From a virus (Duplodnaviria; Caudoviricetes): a stretch of DNA of 46,705 nucleotides. Below the pieces are notes generated by a model. That model had not been told where the DNA came from and did not search any database. It saw only the letters and a list, made by a program, of their open reading frames with translations. Below are positions 16,689 through 25,853 of the stretch, in pieces. The position numbers were made by a program, and so were the translations under genes. The DNA is taken from positions 1-46,705 of IMG/VR virus record IMGVR_UViG_3300017646_000183; one strand, written 5' to 3'. Numbering within the stretch: position 1 is the first letter of the stretch; each line of letters begins with the position of its first letter.

Positions 16689-17039
16689 TCAGGGTTCGGA
16701 GGACTCTTCCTGGTTCGCGAGCTCGAGGAGAACGTCCGCGTGGCACGGCTGGTCGAGCGGACACCAGCAGGCGAGGTTCTTCCCGGAGAGCTCGGCGCGG
16801 ATCGTCGCGAGGATGTTGCGGTCCCACACGCCGAACCCGTCGTGTGCCATCTTCGGGTCGATCGTGCTCCGCGAGATTCGGCCGATGAAGTCGCGGTACA
16901 TCGCGACGGCGGCTGCTGCACCTCCGGGGGTGCCCGTCACGCGGTATGGGTTGCCCCACTTCGTCGGTCGCGCGACGCTCACCGTGTTCTCGGGCATGCG
17001 CCAGCCGCGCGCGCGGGAGAGTTGCACTCGCTCGGCCAT
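16689..17039 (-). CDS. DUF4326-domain protein
   Basis: RPTKWGNPY...LSGKNLACWCPLDQPCHADVL. Confidence 0.9.
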   Translation of the reverse strand: MAERVQLSRARGWRMPENTVSVARPTKWGNPYRVTGTPGGAAAAVAMYRDFIGRISRSTIDPKMAHDGFGVWDRNILATIRAELSGKNLACWCPLDQPCHADVLLELANQEESSEP

Positions 17040-17348
17040 CTACTCCTCACCCCCGAGGGCGGACCCAGCCCCGTCGCATTCATCGCACTCCTCGATGTGC
17101 TCGGTACCGTCGTCATCGGTCCAGGCGAGGACCGCACCGGAACCTCGGCAGCTCTGGCAGTTCTCCGGGCACGACTCGGCGGGGTGCGACGTGCGCACGG
17201 TCCGAGATGCGAGCAGTGAATGCTGGTCGCAGTCATGAGCATTCGCATCAGCGAGCGACACCAGACCACACGGGAGCACCTTGCATCCGCACCCAGGGGC
17301 GAATGGGTCAGGCGCTACCCAGTTCCGGCCGACGTGGAGGTCACTCAT
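17040..17348 (-). CDS. Cys-rich hypothetical protein (CxxCxGxG repeats)
   Basis: CQSCRGSG...CDECDGAG. Confidence 0.6.
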   Translation of the reverse strand: MSDLHVGRNWVAPDPFAPGCGCKVLPCGLVSLADANAHDCDQHSLLASRTVRTSHPAESCPENCQSCRGSGAVLAWTDDDGTEHIEECDECDGAGSALGGEE

Positions 17349-17652
17349 CACTGCCCCCCAGGGCGGCGCGGATCGCGGCGCAGGCGGCACCATCGAACTC
17401 CGGGTCGATGATGGCCGGTCTCGCGTCGTCCCAGTCCAGCCCTGAATCGGCGAGCGCGGCGACTACTCGACCCACCGCCTCCTCGCTCGTGAGATAGGCG
17501 ATCACGGCCGCCGTAGCCGCCTTCACGCGGCCGGCCGGACTGCCCTCCGTGGCAATGGCGTACACCTCGAAGCCGTCGTCTGGCCAGTCGCCCTTGAAGC
17601 CGACGTGGGGGGCGATCACCTTCGCCAGTGCGGACTCTTGAGGGGTGGTCAT
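17341..17652 (-). CDS. Hypothetical protein
   Basis: Coupled stop/start overlaps; GC-rich third positions. Confidence 0.6.
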   Translation of the reverse strand: MTTPQESALAKVIAPHVGFKGDWPDDGFEVYAIATEGSPAGRVKAATAAVIAYLTSEEAVGRVVAALADSGLDWDDARPAIIDPEFDGAACAAIRAALGGSDE

Positions 17653-17816
17653 CGGATCCTCGCCTCCCACGAGTTGACGAACTGGGCATGCTCCGGGCAC
17701 ATGAAGATGCCCTTCTCGCCCTTCGGATTGACGCGGTACACAGGGCCGTCGAGGACGGTTCGGGTGCAGCCCTCGGCCTGGCAATCCCAGCCGACGCGCT
17801 TCTCGTCTTCGCTCAT
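17649..17816 (-). CDS. Small Zn-finger-like protein
   Basis: CQAEGC...RVNPKGEKGIFMCPEH. Confidence 0.6.
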   Translation of the reverse strand: MSEDEKRVGWDCQAEGCTRTVLDGPVYRVNPKGEKGIFMCPEHAQFVNSWEARIR

Positions 17817-17953
17817 CGAATGCCCCTCTCTGCCTTCCACTGCTGACACCGGAGCCGGTACACCGCGTACCGATCCTCTTCGGTCGCGTCAGGCATCTCG
17901 GCCTCGACCTCGCGGATGATGCGGCGGTAGGCGTCCTGCCAGTTCTCGCTCAT
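17813..17953 (-). CDS. Small hypothetical protein (46 aa, below ORF-track cut-off)
   Basis: MSENWQDAYRRIIREVEAEMPDA...; ATGA overlaps at both ends. Confidence 0.55.
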   Translation of the reverse strand: MSENWQDAYRRIIREVEAEMPDATEEDRYAVYRLRCQQWKAERGIR

Positions 17954-18111
17954 CGCCCGGCCTCCTCGACGGGGAGCCGCTCCCACGGAGCAGAGGGATC
18001 ATCCTTCGGACGGCGATGCGTCGCATGCTTCCGATCCACAGGCTCCGGGTATCCCTGCGGCCAGCCGAAGCCGGACACGGGGCGCATGTACTGGTACTCG
18101 ATCTCGTCCAT
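17950..18111 (-). CDS. Small hypothetical protein (53 aa, below ORF-track cut-off)
   Basis: MDEIEYQYMRPVSG...WERLPVEEAGR; TGATG and ATGA overlaps. Confidence 0.55.
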   Translation of the reverse strand: MDEIEYQYMRPVSGFGWPQGYPEPVDRKHATHRRPKDDPSAPWERLPVEEAGR

Positions 18112-18974
18112 CAGTCGGCCTCCTCGACGGGGAGCCAGGGACCAGCGGGACGACGACGGACGAGCCGGGTATCCCTGTTCGCCGGATGCTCGGCCGTGCG
18201 ACGAGCGTTCTCCTCGCCATCGTCCTCGGAGTCAGGCCAGGTGACCACGTCGCCGCCGTACTTCTCGAAGTTGACCCCGTACTCCCACTCCTCCGGGTCG
18301 GGCTCCCTGTAGCCCGCATCGACCGCCGCGCGAGCCATGTCAGCGAACGTGGCGATGAACGACGCCGGGAACCGGGCAACCCTCGACCGCGGATCGGCCG
18401 TGCCCCACGCGCGCATGAGGATGATCGCGAGACGGTCTACCTCGGTCGACCCGGCCATCCGATCAGCGGACTCGATGATCGCGCCGTCGCGGGCGTCGTC
18501 CTCCGGGTCGGGCTTCGACCAGCCGGCCAGGGGACCAGCGAGGAGAGCGTCGGCCAGGTCCTCGACGGCGATCGTGATGAACGTCGTCTCCTCGTCCGTG
18601 TAGTCGCGCCGGTTGAACGACTCTGGTCGATCGCCGAGCCAGTCGGCCAGCTCCTCCCGCTTGGACAGGTCCGGGGCCTGGCGGGGCGCGTCCGACAAGC
18701 CACCCGTTGAGGTGGTCGGGCTCGGGTCCGAAAGCGCCGGGGCACTCGCGTCCCCGCCAGGGGTCTCTGAATCCAGGGCGTCCATAACGACACCCCAAGG
18801 TGTTCCCTCGACGGTCCGGAAACGCCGCACAGCCTCAGCGATGCGATGCTCGCTCTCCAGGGCGCCGACGAGGCGGTCGATCAGCCCGTCGATGTACTCG
18901 GCGGCCTCATCGGTCGGGTGCAGTCCCTTCTTCCACCGCGCCTCCTCGATCAGCGCGCGCACGTCCTCGCTCAC
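18111..18974 (-). CDS. Hypothetical mosaic protein
   Basis: GTGA overlap; 287 aa; ends RLVRRRPAGPWLPVEEAD. Confidence 0.65.
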   Translation of the reverse strand: MSEDVRALIEEARWKKGLHPTDEAAEYIDGLIDRLVGALESEHRIAEAVRRFRTVEGTPWGVVMDALDSETPGGDASAPALSDPSPTTSTGGLSDAPRQAPDLSKREELADWLGDRPESFNRRDYTDEETTFITIAVEDLADALLAGPLAGWSKPDPEDDARDGAIIESADRMAGSTEVDRLAIILMRAWGTADPRSRVARFPASFIATFADMARAAVDAGYREPDPEEWEYGVNFEKYGGDVVTWPDSEDDGEENARRTAEHPANRDTRLVRRRPAGPWLPVEEAD

Positions 18975-19291
18975 GTCGTCACTCCATCGGCGGCAGAGAG
19001 GGCGGTACGGGCGAGTCGCATGAAGTAGTCCCGCTGGTTCGGGTCGCGCCATATGCCGTTGTCGACTTCGACCCCCGCTACCAGGGCCGGACCACACATC
19101 GCCTTAGCCGCCGCCTCGATCTCCGCTTCCGTCCGCTCTCGCGGGGATGGGTGAGAGCGGGAAGCGAGGTCGAGCACGAGAGCCACGTCACGCGCAGAGA
19201 CGTTGTGCAACGTCCCCTCGGCATCCTCCCCGAGATGGTCGCGCAGGCGTTCGATCGCCGCCTCCGCTTCGGTGTGCAGGGGGTCAGTCAT
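18971..19291 (-). CDS. Hypothetical protein
   Basis: GGAGGAG RBS; IEAAAKAMC...ARTALSAA pattern common in small phage genes. Confidence 0.6.
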   Translation of the reverse strand: MTDPLHTEAEAAIERLRDHLGEDAEGTLHNVSARDVALVLDLASRSHPSPRERTEAEIEAAAKAMCGPALVAGVEVDNGIWRDPNQRDYFMRLARTALSAADGVTT

Positions 19292-19502
19292 CGGAGAACT
19301 CCTCCTCCCAAATCGCGCACGCCGCAGCGTGAGACAGTTCACCTTCCGCGTAGGACTCCTCAAGGCGTCGGTAGTTCCGGTCTAGCGATGCTGGCGACTC
19401 GCCGTAGACCGACTCATCCCAGGGATGCCACTTGGCATCGCGTTCGCGCAGGACCAGGCCGTTCGCCCAATCCACGCCCACCTCTGCTCCGTGCTCACTC
19501 AT
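19284..19502 (-). CDS. Hypothetical protein
   Basis: Coupled ORF. Confidence 0.55.
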   Translation of the reverse strand: MSEHGAEVGVDWANGLVLRERDAKWHPWDESVYGESPASLDRNYRRLEESYAEGELSHAAACAIWEEEFSDD

Positions 19503-19749
19503 CGCCCTTCTCCAATCTGTCGGCCCGGTCCCGGAGTCTCGATGCCTCAAAGCGCGACCCTTCCTCACGGAGGGCGTAGGCCGCTCCCCGCAGCGCCTTC
19601 ACCGCCCCGCGACGCTCAGCCTCGGCGGTGTGAGCGGCGAGCCAGCGGTCGAAGCGAAAGCCACCCTCAGCCCGCGAACCGCCCCGATCCTCGAAGCCGT
19701 CAATCGCGTCCTGAGCGACTTCCTCGGTGGTCGGAATCTGGTCACTCAT
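19495..19749 (-). CDS. Hypothetical protein
   Basis: PTTEEV...FDRWLAAH motif. Confidence 0.6.
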   Translation of the reverse strand: MSDQIPTTEEVAQDAIDGFEDRGGSRAEGGFRFDRWLAAHTAEAERRGAVKALRGAAYALREEGSRFEASRLRDRADRLEKGDE

Positions 19750-19888
19750 CGTCATCCCTCCTGTGGCATGTGCCGCACTCGAAGCAGCCCGGATAGTCCT
19801 CGAAGGTGTCGGTCGACCCGCATGCGCCACAGGGATCGCCCGCCTTGAATCCGCGCTCCCTCGTCGGCGTGTAGGTGGTGTCAGGCAT
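19742..19888 (-). CDS. Small Zn-ribbon protein (48 aa)
   Basis: CGACGS...CFECGTC; fills the gap with overlapping ends. Confidence 0.45.
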   Translation of the reverse strand: MPDTTYTPTRERGFKAGDPCGACGSTDTFEDYPGCFECGTCHRRDDDE

Positions 19889-20078
19889 GGGAGGACTCCC
19901 TCGCGTGAGGGTTCGCGATCCGAGTCACCCGAATCCGGAAGTCGCCGCCATCGGTTTCGAGGATCAGTGAGTCCTCGGAATCTGTGGCGCAGAGGACCGC
20001 ACCTATCCCGTCAACGTGGCTCTCGTCAAGGTGATCGGCCAGGGCATCGATTACGTCGTACTTGTCGAACTTGCTCAC
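19881..20078 (-). CDS. Hypothetical protein
   Basis: GAAGGAG RBS; GTGA overlap. Confidence 0.55.
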   Translation of the reverse strand: MSKFDKYDVIDALADHLDESHVDGIGAVLCATDSEDSLILETDGGDFRIRVTRIANPHARESSHA

Positions 20079-20380
20079 TTCGTCTCTCCTTCCAGGAAGT
20101 GCTCGGAGTCGAACCGTTCCGACAGGTACGTCTCGGTCACCTGGAGGACGTTCTCCTTCTCCTCCACCAGGACGATTCGCTCGACCTCAACGCCGAGTCG
20201 GTCGATCAGCTTCTTCGCTTCGGACTTGGCCGAACTGATCGCCGCCGTCCGGTTCCGCTTGTGCTCGTCCCAGTGGGACTGAGTCCAATCGGTGAAGTCG
20301 GTCAGCACTTTGCCGGTCGTCAGATGAATCTCCGACCGCCAGCGTGCCCTCCAGTTGCTCCGTTCAATCGAGCGCGGCAC
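20075..20380 (-). CDS. Hypothetical protein
   Basis: GAAGGAG RBS before GTG. Confidence 0.6.
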   Translation of the reverse strand: MPRSIERSNWRARWRSEIHLTTGKVLTDFTDWTQSHWDEHKRNRTAAISSAKSEAKKLIDRLGVEVERIVLVEEKENVLQVTETYLSERFDSEHFLEGETK

Positions 20381-20687
20381 GGCTCTCTCCTTCCAGCGTT
20401 TCGAGGACTGCGGCGAGGCGGACGAGGCGGTAGACCCGCTCTTCGGCTTTCGCCAGCACGAACTCCTCGGGGTTCCATCCGTGCTCCGGGGAGTAGACCT
20501 CGCCCGACTCATGGACATACGCGATGTGCGTGGTCGCCGCGCCTGGCATGAACCACTCGAACCAGCCGATACCGTCGTCCAGCGCCGCGACCTTCTCCGC
20601 CATTCGGGTTCGTTCCAACTTCGCAACGGCCTTGATGCCGTCCTCGACGGTGGGCTGGGAGGTGTAGGCGGCAACGGGATCAGCCAC
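20364..20687 (-). CDS. Hypothetical protein
   Basis: AAGGAGG RBS. Confidence 0.6.
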   Translation of the reverse strand: MADPVAAYTSQPTVEDGIKAVAKLERTRMAEKVAALDDGIGWFEWFMPGAATTHIAYVHESGEVYSPEHGWNPEEFVLAKAEERVYRLVRLAAVLETLEGESRAALD

Positions 20688-20970
20688 GCTCGATCGCCTC
20701 CTTCACCACGGCGAGGACGGCGCGAGCCATGCGACCAGACCAACGCCGACCAGGGATCTCGGAAGCATCCGACTCGACAATTTCCTGACGCACCCGCTCC
20801 ACCATCTCCTCCGACTCGATCAGGGCCAGGACGCGGGCGTGCTCGAAAGCAGCACCCTCGCCGAAACCCGCCTGCCACCACGCCCGAACCTCCGGAGACA
20901 TGCCGATGTGGGTGAGCGCGTGCTCGATCCTCCGTTCCGCCTCCTGGCGGGCGATATCTGCGGCGGTCAC
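20680..20970 (-). CDS. Hypothetical protein
   Basis: GTGA overlap. Confidence 0.55.
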   Translation of the reverse strand: MTAADIARQEAERRIEHALTHIGMSPEVRAWWQAGFGEGAAFEHARVLALIESEEMVERVRQEIVESDASEIPGRRWSGRMARAVLAVVKEAIERG

Positions 20971-21272
20971 AAGCCGAGGCCCTTCGCGATGTCAGGGTGA
21001 ATCTCCTCGCGAGCCGCGAACCCCTCGCCGACAACCACGAGAAGCGCACCGTAGGCGGCTCGCCGAGCATCCGACCCGGCGGCGCCCTTCGCCAGTTCGA
21101 TCAGGTTCGCGATCCGTTGCTGCTCGACGAGCGCCAGCGTCGCTTGAGCCTGAGCAAGCGCGGCGGCGTGCATCGCCCGTTCGCGCTGGACCTCCGGGTT
21201 CAAGTCGGCCGAGTAGGTCAACATGCTCCGCGCCTCCGCCGCGTCGTCAACGCAGTTAGAACGGGGTGTCAT
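20967..21272 (-). CDS. Hypothetical protein
   Basis: AQAQATLALVEQQRIANLIEL motif. Confidence 0.65.
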   Translation of the reverse strand: MTPRSNCVDDAAEARSMLTYSADLNPEVQRERAMHAAALAQAQATLALVEQQRIANLIELAKGAAGSDARRAAYGALLVVVGEGFAAREEIHPDIAKGLGL

Positions 21273-21711
21273 CGGAAGCTCCCGGCGCATTCCACTGCGG
21301 CTCCGCCTGACCCCACGCATCCCCAGCCGGCGCCGCATTCCACGACTCGCCCGCCGGAGCAGCAGGCGCACTCCCACGCCGCCCCTTCACGACGACGGAC
21401 AGCACCGGAAAGCCGAGCTTCACCTTCGCCTGCGGCCCGTTCTTGCCCTCGTACACGTCCAGGCCGACGTCGCCCTTCAAATGGACGAGCGTGCCCTTCC
21501 GCACCTGAGAGACGATCTCCTGCGCGTCCTCGTTCCAGAACGTCGCCTCGAACCACACGGTCGGACCCGAGTCCTCATACTCGCCCGACTGCTTGTTCTT
21601 CCGCCGCGGCGTGAACGGCACCGACACCGACGTGACGACTCGGTCGCCGACCGTCCGCAGCTCAGGATCCTTCGACACGTACCCGTCGATGTTCACTCGT
21701 GCGCTCGGCAT
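21256..21711 (-). CDS. ssb: Single-stranded DNA-binding protein
   Basis: DPELRT, WFEATFW, KGTLVHLKG OB fold; acidic DDTPF tail. Confidence 0.93.
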   Translation of the reverse strand: MPSARVNIDGYVSKDPELRTVGDRVVTSVSVPFTPRRKNKQSGEYEDSGPTVWFEATFWNEDAQEIVSQVRKGTLVHLKGDVGLDVYEGKNGPQAKVKLGFPVLSVVVKGRRGSAPAAPAGESWNAAPAGDAWGQAEPQWNAPGASDDTPF

Positions 21712-22142
21712 CACGCCGCCTCCTTCTGTCGGGACTTCATCGCGGCCGTCCGGTCGGGGTTGGCGGCGCGCCACGGCGCCCATGAGTCGTCGGTGAGCAT
21801 GTGCTGCTCCCACTCGGGGACGTCCGGCTTCGGGGTCACGCTGTCGCCGTGCGTCTCGTGGTCGGAGTGCGCACCGCAGAAGTGCAAGCCGCATCCCTCC
21901 TGCTGCTCCTCGATCTCCTGGTCGGAGGCCTCGCCGCGGTCCTCGAACTCCTCAGCGGTGAGCTCCTCTCCGTCCGTGGTGGCGTATCGCCAGGTGGTGT
22001 ACTCCTCGCAGCGGAAGCCCATGCCACGGGCGATCAGCTCCGTGCAGTCGGCGAAGTCGCAGACTGCCGGAACGCCGTACCCAGCCCAACGGTCGACACC
22101 GCGATCGCGAGCTGCGCGATCCTCGTAGACGGCGTACCCCAT
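21711..22142 (-). CDS. Conserved Cys/His-rich phage protein
   Basis: RWAGYGVPAVCD...GCGLHFCGAH...SWAPWR. Confidence 0.7.
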   Translation of the reverse strand: MGYAVYEDRAARDRGVDRWAGYGVPAVCDFADCTELIARGMGFRCEEYTTWRYATTDGEELTAEEFEDRGEASDQEIEEQQEGCGLHFCGAHSDHETHGDSVTPKPDVPEWEQHMLTDDSWAPWRAANPDRTAAMKSRQKEAA

Positions 22143-22429
22143 CACGCCACCGCCTTCTCGTCGTCGAGCGTCCCGGCGACAAGCCGCGCCAGCAGGTCCG
22201 GGCGGAACCCCGACCACGACACCACCGACTCGCCGCCCCGAGCGACCACGACGACCGGAGCCTCAAGATGCCCCAGGGCCTTGAGCTTCGCCGTGTTCTC
22301 CGGCAACGTCGCATCCGCCTGCATGAACGGAACCTCCCGCTCCGTCAGGAACCGGATCGTCGCCCGGCACGCCTGACAGTTCGACTTGCTGTACACCGTC
22401 ACCGGGACGATCGTGTTCTGCTGGGCCAT
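22142..22429 (-). CDS. nrdH: NrdH-like glutaredoxin
   Basis: TVYSKSNCQAC, APVVV, WSGFRPD. Confidence 0.92.
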   Translation of the reverse strand: MAQQNTIVPVTVYSKSNCQACRATIRFLTEREVPFMQADATLPENTAKLKALGHLEAPVVVVARGGESVVSWSGFRPDLLARLVAGTLDDEKAVA

Positions 22430-22502
22430 CAGGCCCTCCTCTCCGCGGATCGCTCCGCATTGGCACCGCAACGCCCCGTCCGGGCGCCGCCAGTAGTCGT
22501 GG

Positions 22503-23438
22503 TCATGCCGCATCAGCGACCTCCTCATCCGTCCGGACCCGGAACGCCCCACAGCGGCACGCCAGCCAGCCCTTCCCCGTGTCGACTGACGCCGGCGTGC
22601 CGCACCTCGCGCACCGCTCCACCGGCCACACCGGACCGAACCGCGCGTCGACGTCCGCCGTCGTCGGCCACTCACCGTGCTCACGGCGGAACTCCAGCGA
22701 GAACGCCGCGACCTCATCGACGACGTCGCCGTACGCGTCCCGCACCTCCCCGATCGCCGGCGCCACTGGAGCATCCCCCCGCAACGCCCGAACCCACGCC
22801 GGATCCCGACGCAGGTCCTCCGCCCGGTCCGCGCGCTCCTCGATATCGGCGAGGACCTCGAACTTGTCCTGCGACATTTCGTAGCCGCAGCCGCCCTCAT
22901 CCGCGCACTGCACCGTCACCGGCAGCCCATCGGCGGCCGGCGGGAACCACATCAACGTCACCTGCTTGCAGGACGGGCACCGCGTCGTCGACAGCTTCCG
23001 CTCCGACTCCCGCCACGGATGCTCCCGAGCCACCCGACGCATCTCCCGCTCGAACACCAGCGCTCCGCGCGCGCCCGTCTCCGTCGCCACCCACATGTCC
23101 AATCGGACCGGGCCCGCGTTGCGGAGGCGACGCAGCACATCACGCGCCTGCTCGAGCGGCGACAGCGGCAGCCGAGGACCGAACTGCGGTGCGCGGCGCA
23201 CGTCGTCCATCACCGCAACGTCAACGCCGGCGAGCTCGCGTTGGAACTCCGCATAGGCGGCATCCGCGCGCTCCACCCGACCCCAGCAGCGGCCGCACAG
23301 CAGCCCGTGCGACGCCTCCCGTGGCACGCACCCGCCGCAGTCCAACCCGAACTCCTTCGGACAGTTCGCGCCATGCGCGTCCCGCACCATGCAGGACCGG
23401 AAGTCCGACAGCTCGTTCGTGATGCACAGCAGCGCCAT
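22503..23438 (-). CDS. Multi-Zn-finger protein
   Basis: Several CxxC pairs (CGGC, CGRC, CPSC, CARC); TGATG overlap with the helicase gene. Confidence 0.7.
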   Translation of the reverse strand: MALLCITNELSDFRSCMVRDAHGANCPKEFGLDCGGCVPREASHGLLCGRCWGRVERADAAYAEFQRELAGVDVAVMDDVRRAPQFGPRLPLSPLEQARDVLRRLRNAGPVRLDMWVATETGARGALVFEREMRRVAREHPWRESERKLSTTRCPSCKQVTLMWFPPAADGLPVTVQCADEGGCGYEMSQDKFEVLADIEERADRAEDLRRDPAWVRALRGDAPVAPAIGEVRDAYGDVVDEVAAFSLEFRREHGEWPTTADVDARFGPVWPVERCARCGTPASVDTGKGWLACRCGAFRVRTDEEVADAA

Positions 23439-24631
23439 CAGAAGACCTCCTCGACAGGAATCCACGGCCACGACTGGCCGCGTCGCAGATAGTCCGGCCA
23501 CGAGCGAGCGTCACGGTCGCCCCGCCATCGCACGACCGACACCGTCTCGGTCGGACGACCGTTCTCATCCCGCGCCGGCCGCAGCCCGAACCCGAACTCC
23601 GGCCAACCCAGCAGCGCCGCCGAACCACGCGGCCGAAGGTCACGCTCCCCACCGAACCCCTGCGCGTGACCGGCGTGCGCCTCCATCACCAACGCGACGT
23701 CATGCAGCTCGCGGATGCCGTCGATCGCCGCGAGCAGCGGCGCCGCGTCGTCGTCCGAGTTGATCGCCCGCGGCACCAACCGGTACAGCGGGCCGAGGAA
23801 CAGCACGTCAGGCCGGTGCTTCTCCACCAGCGCGTGGACCTGACCCAGGTCCTGCTCGCGACTCAAGTCCAGACGCGGCGAACACGCAAGCATCACCGTC
23901 GCCGCCGGGTCCACCGCGCCCTGCGCCCGCCCCACCTCGAGCATCCGGTACGACGCGCGACGCCACTGCAACTCCGAGTTCTCCGCGTCGATGACCAGCA
24001 CTCGAACCGGGGTCATCGGCCGCTGCTCGAACGGGTGCACGCCCGCCGCCGACGCGATCGCTATCTGCCGCATCAACGTCGACTTCCCACCGCCCTCCAC
24101 ACCGGTCACAAGCACCCGGTCACGACGCTCCAACAGGCCCGGGATCACCCAGTCGTACTCGACCGGACCAGTCATGACGTCCCCGAGCGGCACCGCCGTC
24201 AGACGCCGCACCGCGTGTTCGTCGACGAGCTCCTTGAGCCGCTTCCCGCCCTCGTGAATCACGTCCGCGACGTTCGCTGCACCCGACCCCTGCTGCAGGA
24301 ACGTCGCCACCGACTGCACGCCGCGGCGCATCGAATCCGATCGCACCACGTCCGCGTACGAGCTCACCGCAGCCCACGACGTGACCTCCGACGTCCACTC
24401 GTGCAACGCGACGACGTCGATGCCGCGGATCTCCCACTCGGTGAGCTTCGGGGCGACCGTCAACGCGTCGACGTGCTCGCCGGCGCGCCGCATTGCCAGG
24501 ATCCCGTCGAAGATCGCCCCGACGCGCAGGTCCTCGAAGTCGTTGCCGGAGACCACGTCGGCGGCGAGACGGATCGCACGCTCGTCGAGGAGGATGCAGC
24601 CGATGACGGCCTGCTCAGCGGTGACGGTCAT
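23438..24631 (-). CDS. Replicative helicase: DnaB N-terminal domain plus RepA/AAA_25-type ATPase
   Basis: AEQAVIGCILLD; GVEGGGKST; IDAENS; RGSAALLGWPEFG. Confidence 0.88.
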   Translation of the reverse strand: MTVTAEQAVIGCILLDERAIRLAADVVSGNDFEDLRVGAIFDGILAMRRAGEHVDALTVAPKLTEWEIRGIDVVALHEWTSEVTSWAAVSSYADVVRSDSMRRGVQSVATFLQQGSGAANVADVIHEGGKRLKELVDEHAVRRLTAVPLGDVMTGPVEYDWVIPGLLERRDRVLVTGVEGGGKSTLMRQIAIASAAGVHPFEQRPMTPVRVLVIDAENSELQWRRASYRMLEVGRAQGAVDPAATVMLACSPRLDLSREQDLGQVHALVEKHRPDVLFLGPLYRLVPRAINSDDDAAPLLAAIDGIRELHDVALVMEAHAGHAQGFGGERDLRPRGSAALLGWPEFGFGLRPARDENGRPTETVSVVRWRGDRDARSWPDYLRRGQSWPWIPVEEVF

Positions 24632-25479
24632 CGCAGCATCCACTCGTCCTTGGGTGCGACCTGCACTAGCGCCGCGGCGGGCGACGGCTTCGCCTTCATC
24701 AGCCAGGTCGTGAACGCCGCGTTCCAGTTCGCCGCGCGACGGTCGTGAGTCTCGGCGTGAAGCCGGAACGCCTCCGCCTCCGCCAGGAGGTTGAGTCCCT
24801 TCTCGGTCGCGCGCTTCACATGCTCAGTCGTGGGACTCCACGACGCCGGCAACTTGACCTCTGGCTTTCGCTTCGCCGGAGGAAGCGAAGCTTCCGGAGT
24901 AGGGGCAGGGGCAGGAGTAGACGGGACAGTCCCTCTCGCTACCTCCCGAGAGGGGGTCTCAGAGGGGGTCTCCGGTGGGGTATGGGAGGGGGTCGTAGAC
25001 CCGGCCTTGAGCATCGTCCGGAGGTAGGCCGACGACCACGGAAATACCGTCCCGCCCTTCGCCGCCGCGTACCCATCCGGCGCCTCCTGACGGAGCCGAG
25101 CGGCCTCGACCGCCACGGCCTCGCGCAACGTCGGCGAGGCGATCTCCGCGAAGGCCGACCCGATCGACTTCCACAGGTTCGGGTTCTTCAACGGCTCGTC
25201 GTGCCGGAGGAAGGACCGGACGAGCACCTCCTCGGTCTCGTCGTCGATGAGGATGAACCGCTGCGCCGACAGCTCGGCGGCGTACCGCTCGACTTGCTCG
25301 ACGTTCAGTCCACGTGCCATCTTCGCGATCCGCTTCGGCCGCCAGTCCGCCCGCCCGATCTGCGTCAGCGAGGCGGAAGTGAGCAGGTGCTCGTAGAGCC
25401 ACTGGGCGCCGGGCGTGAGCGCCCGCCAGTCGTCGTCGCCCCACATGTCGGTGCGGAGTACCGCGCGCGTGCGCGCCAT
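24628..25479 (-). CDS. Replication initiator (RepA / lambda O-like)
   Basis: MWGDDDWRAL...AQWLY N-terminus; LPASWSP...NWNAAFTTWL C-terminus; upstream of the helicase. Confidence 0.8.
   Translation of the reverse strand: MARTRAVLRTDMWGDDDWRALTPGAQWLYEHLLTSASLTQIGRADWRPKRIAKMARGLNVEQVERYAAELSAQRFILIDDETEEVLVRSFLRHDEPLKNPNLWKSIGSAFAEIASPTLREAVAVEAARLRQEAPDGYAAAKGGTVFPWSSAYLRTMLKAGSTTPSHTPPETPSETPSREVARGTVPSTPAPAPTPEASLPPAKRKPEVKLPASWSPTTEHVKRATEKGLNLLAEAEAFRLHAETHDRRAANWNAAFTTWLMKAKPSPAAALVQVAPKDEWMLR
24949..24996. repeat. Four 12-bp tandem repeats (AGAGGGGGTCTC-like); candidate origin iterons
   Basis: AGAGGGGGTCTC, AGAGGGGGTCTC, CGGTGGGGTATG, GGAGGGGGTCGT in the initiator linker region. Confidence 0.6.
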
Positions 25480-25853
25480 CAGTAGGCCCACCCTTCGCCC
25501 TCGTCGGGACCACCGGGCAACGGCACGATCGATCCGTCGTCCTTCAACAGGCACCACCCGTGCACAGCGTGCAGGATCGGCGTCTGCTCCGGATCCGCGT
25601 GCAGGCTGACCTTGATCCCGCGGCGCTTCGCCTCCGCCTGCCACTCCGGGTCAGACTCGATCAGACCGTTGATCTGCGACTCCAGCCAGACGACGACCGA
25701 GAGCCGCTGCTTGATGTGCTGAGGTCGCCCGCCCATGCCGCCCTGGCGGTGCTGAGGAACGAGCTCGGGCACGTCCATCCCCGTCCACGCGGACAGGTGC
25801 CCGTCACGCCGCTCGAGCGCGCGCAGCAGAGGTTTTGGTGTGGTCGACGTCAT
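25479..25853 (-). CDS. HNH-like protein lacking Zn-binding cysteines
   Basis: RRDG...QHRQGGMGG...IESDP...A..RG..V...P...WCLLKDDG scaffold. Confidence 0.6.
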   Translation of the reverse strand: MTSTTPKPLLRALERRDGHLSAWTGMDVPELVPQHRQGGMGGRPQHIKQRLSVVVWLESQINGLIESDPEWQAEAKRRGIKVSLHADPEQTPILHAVHGWCLLKDDGSIVPLPGGPDEGEGWAY

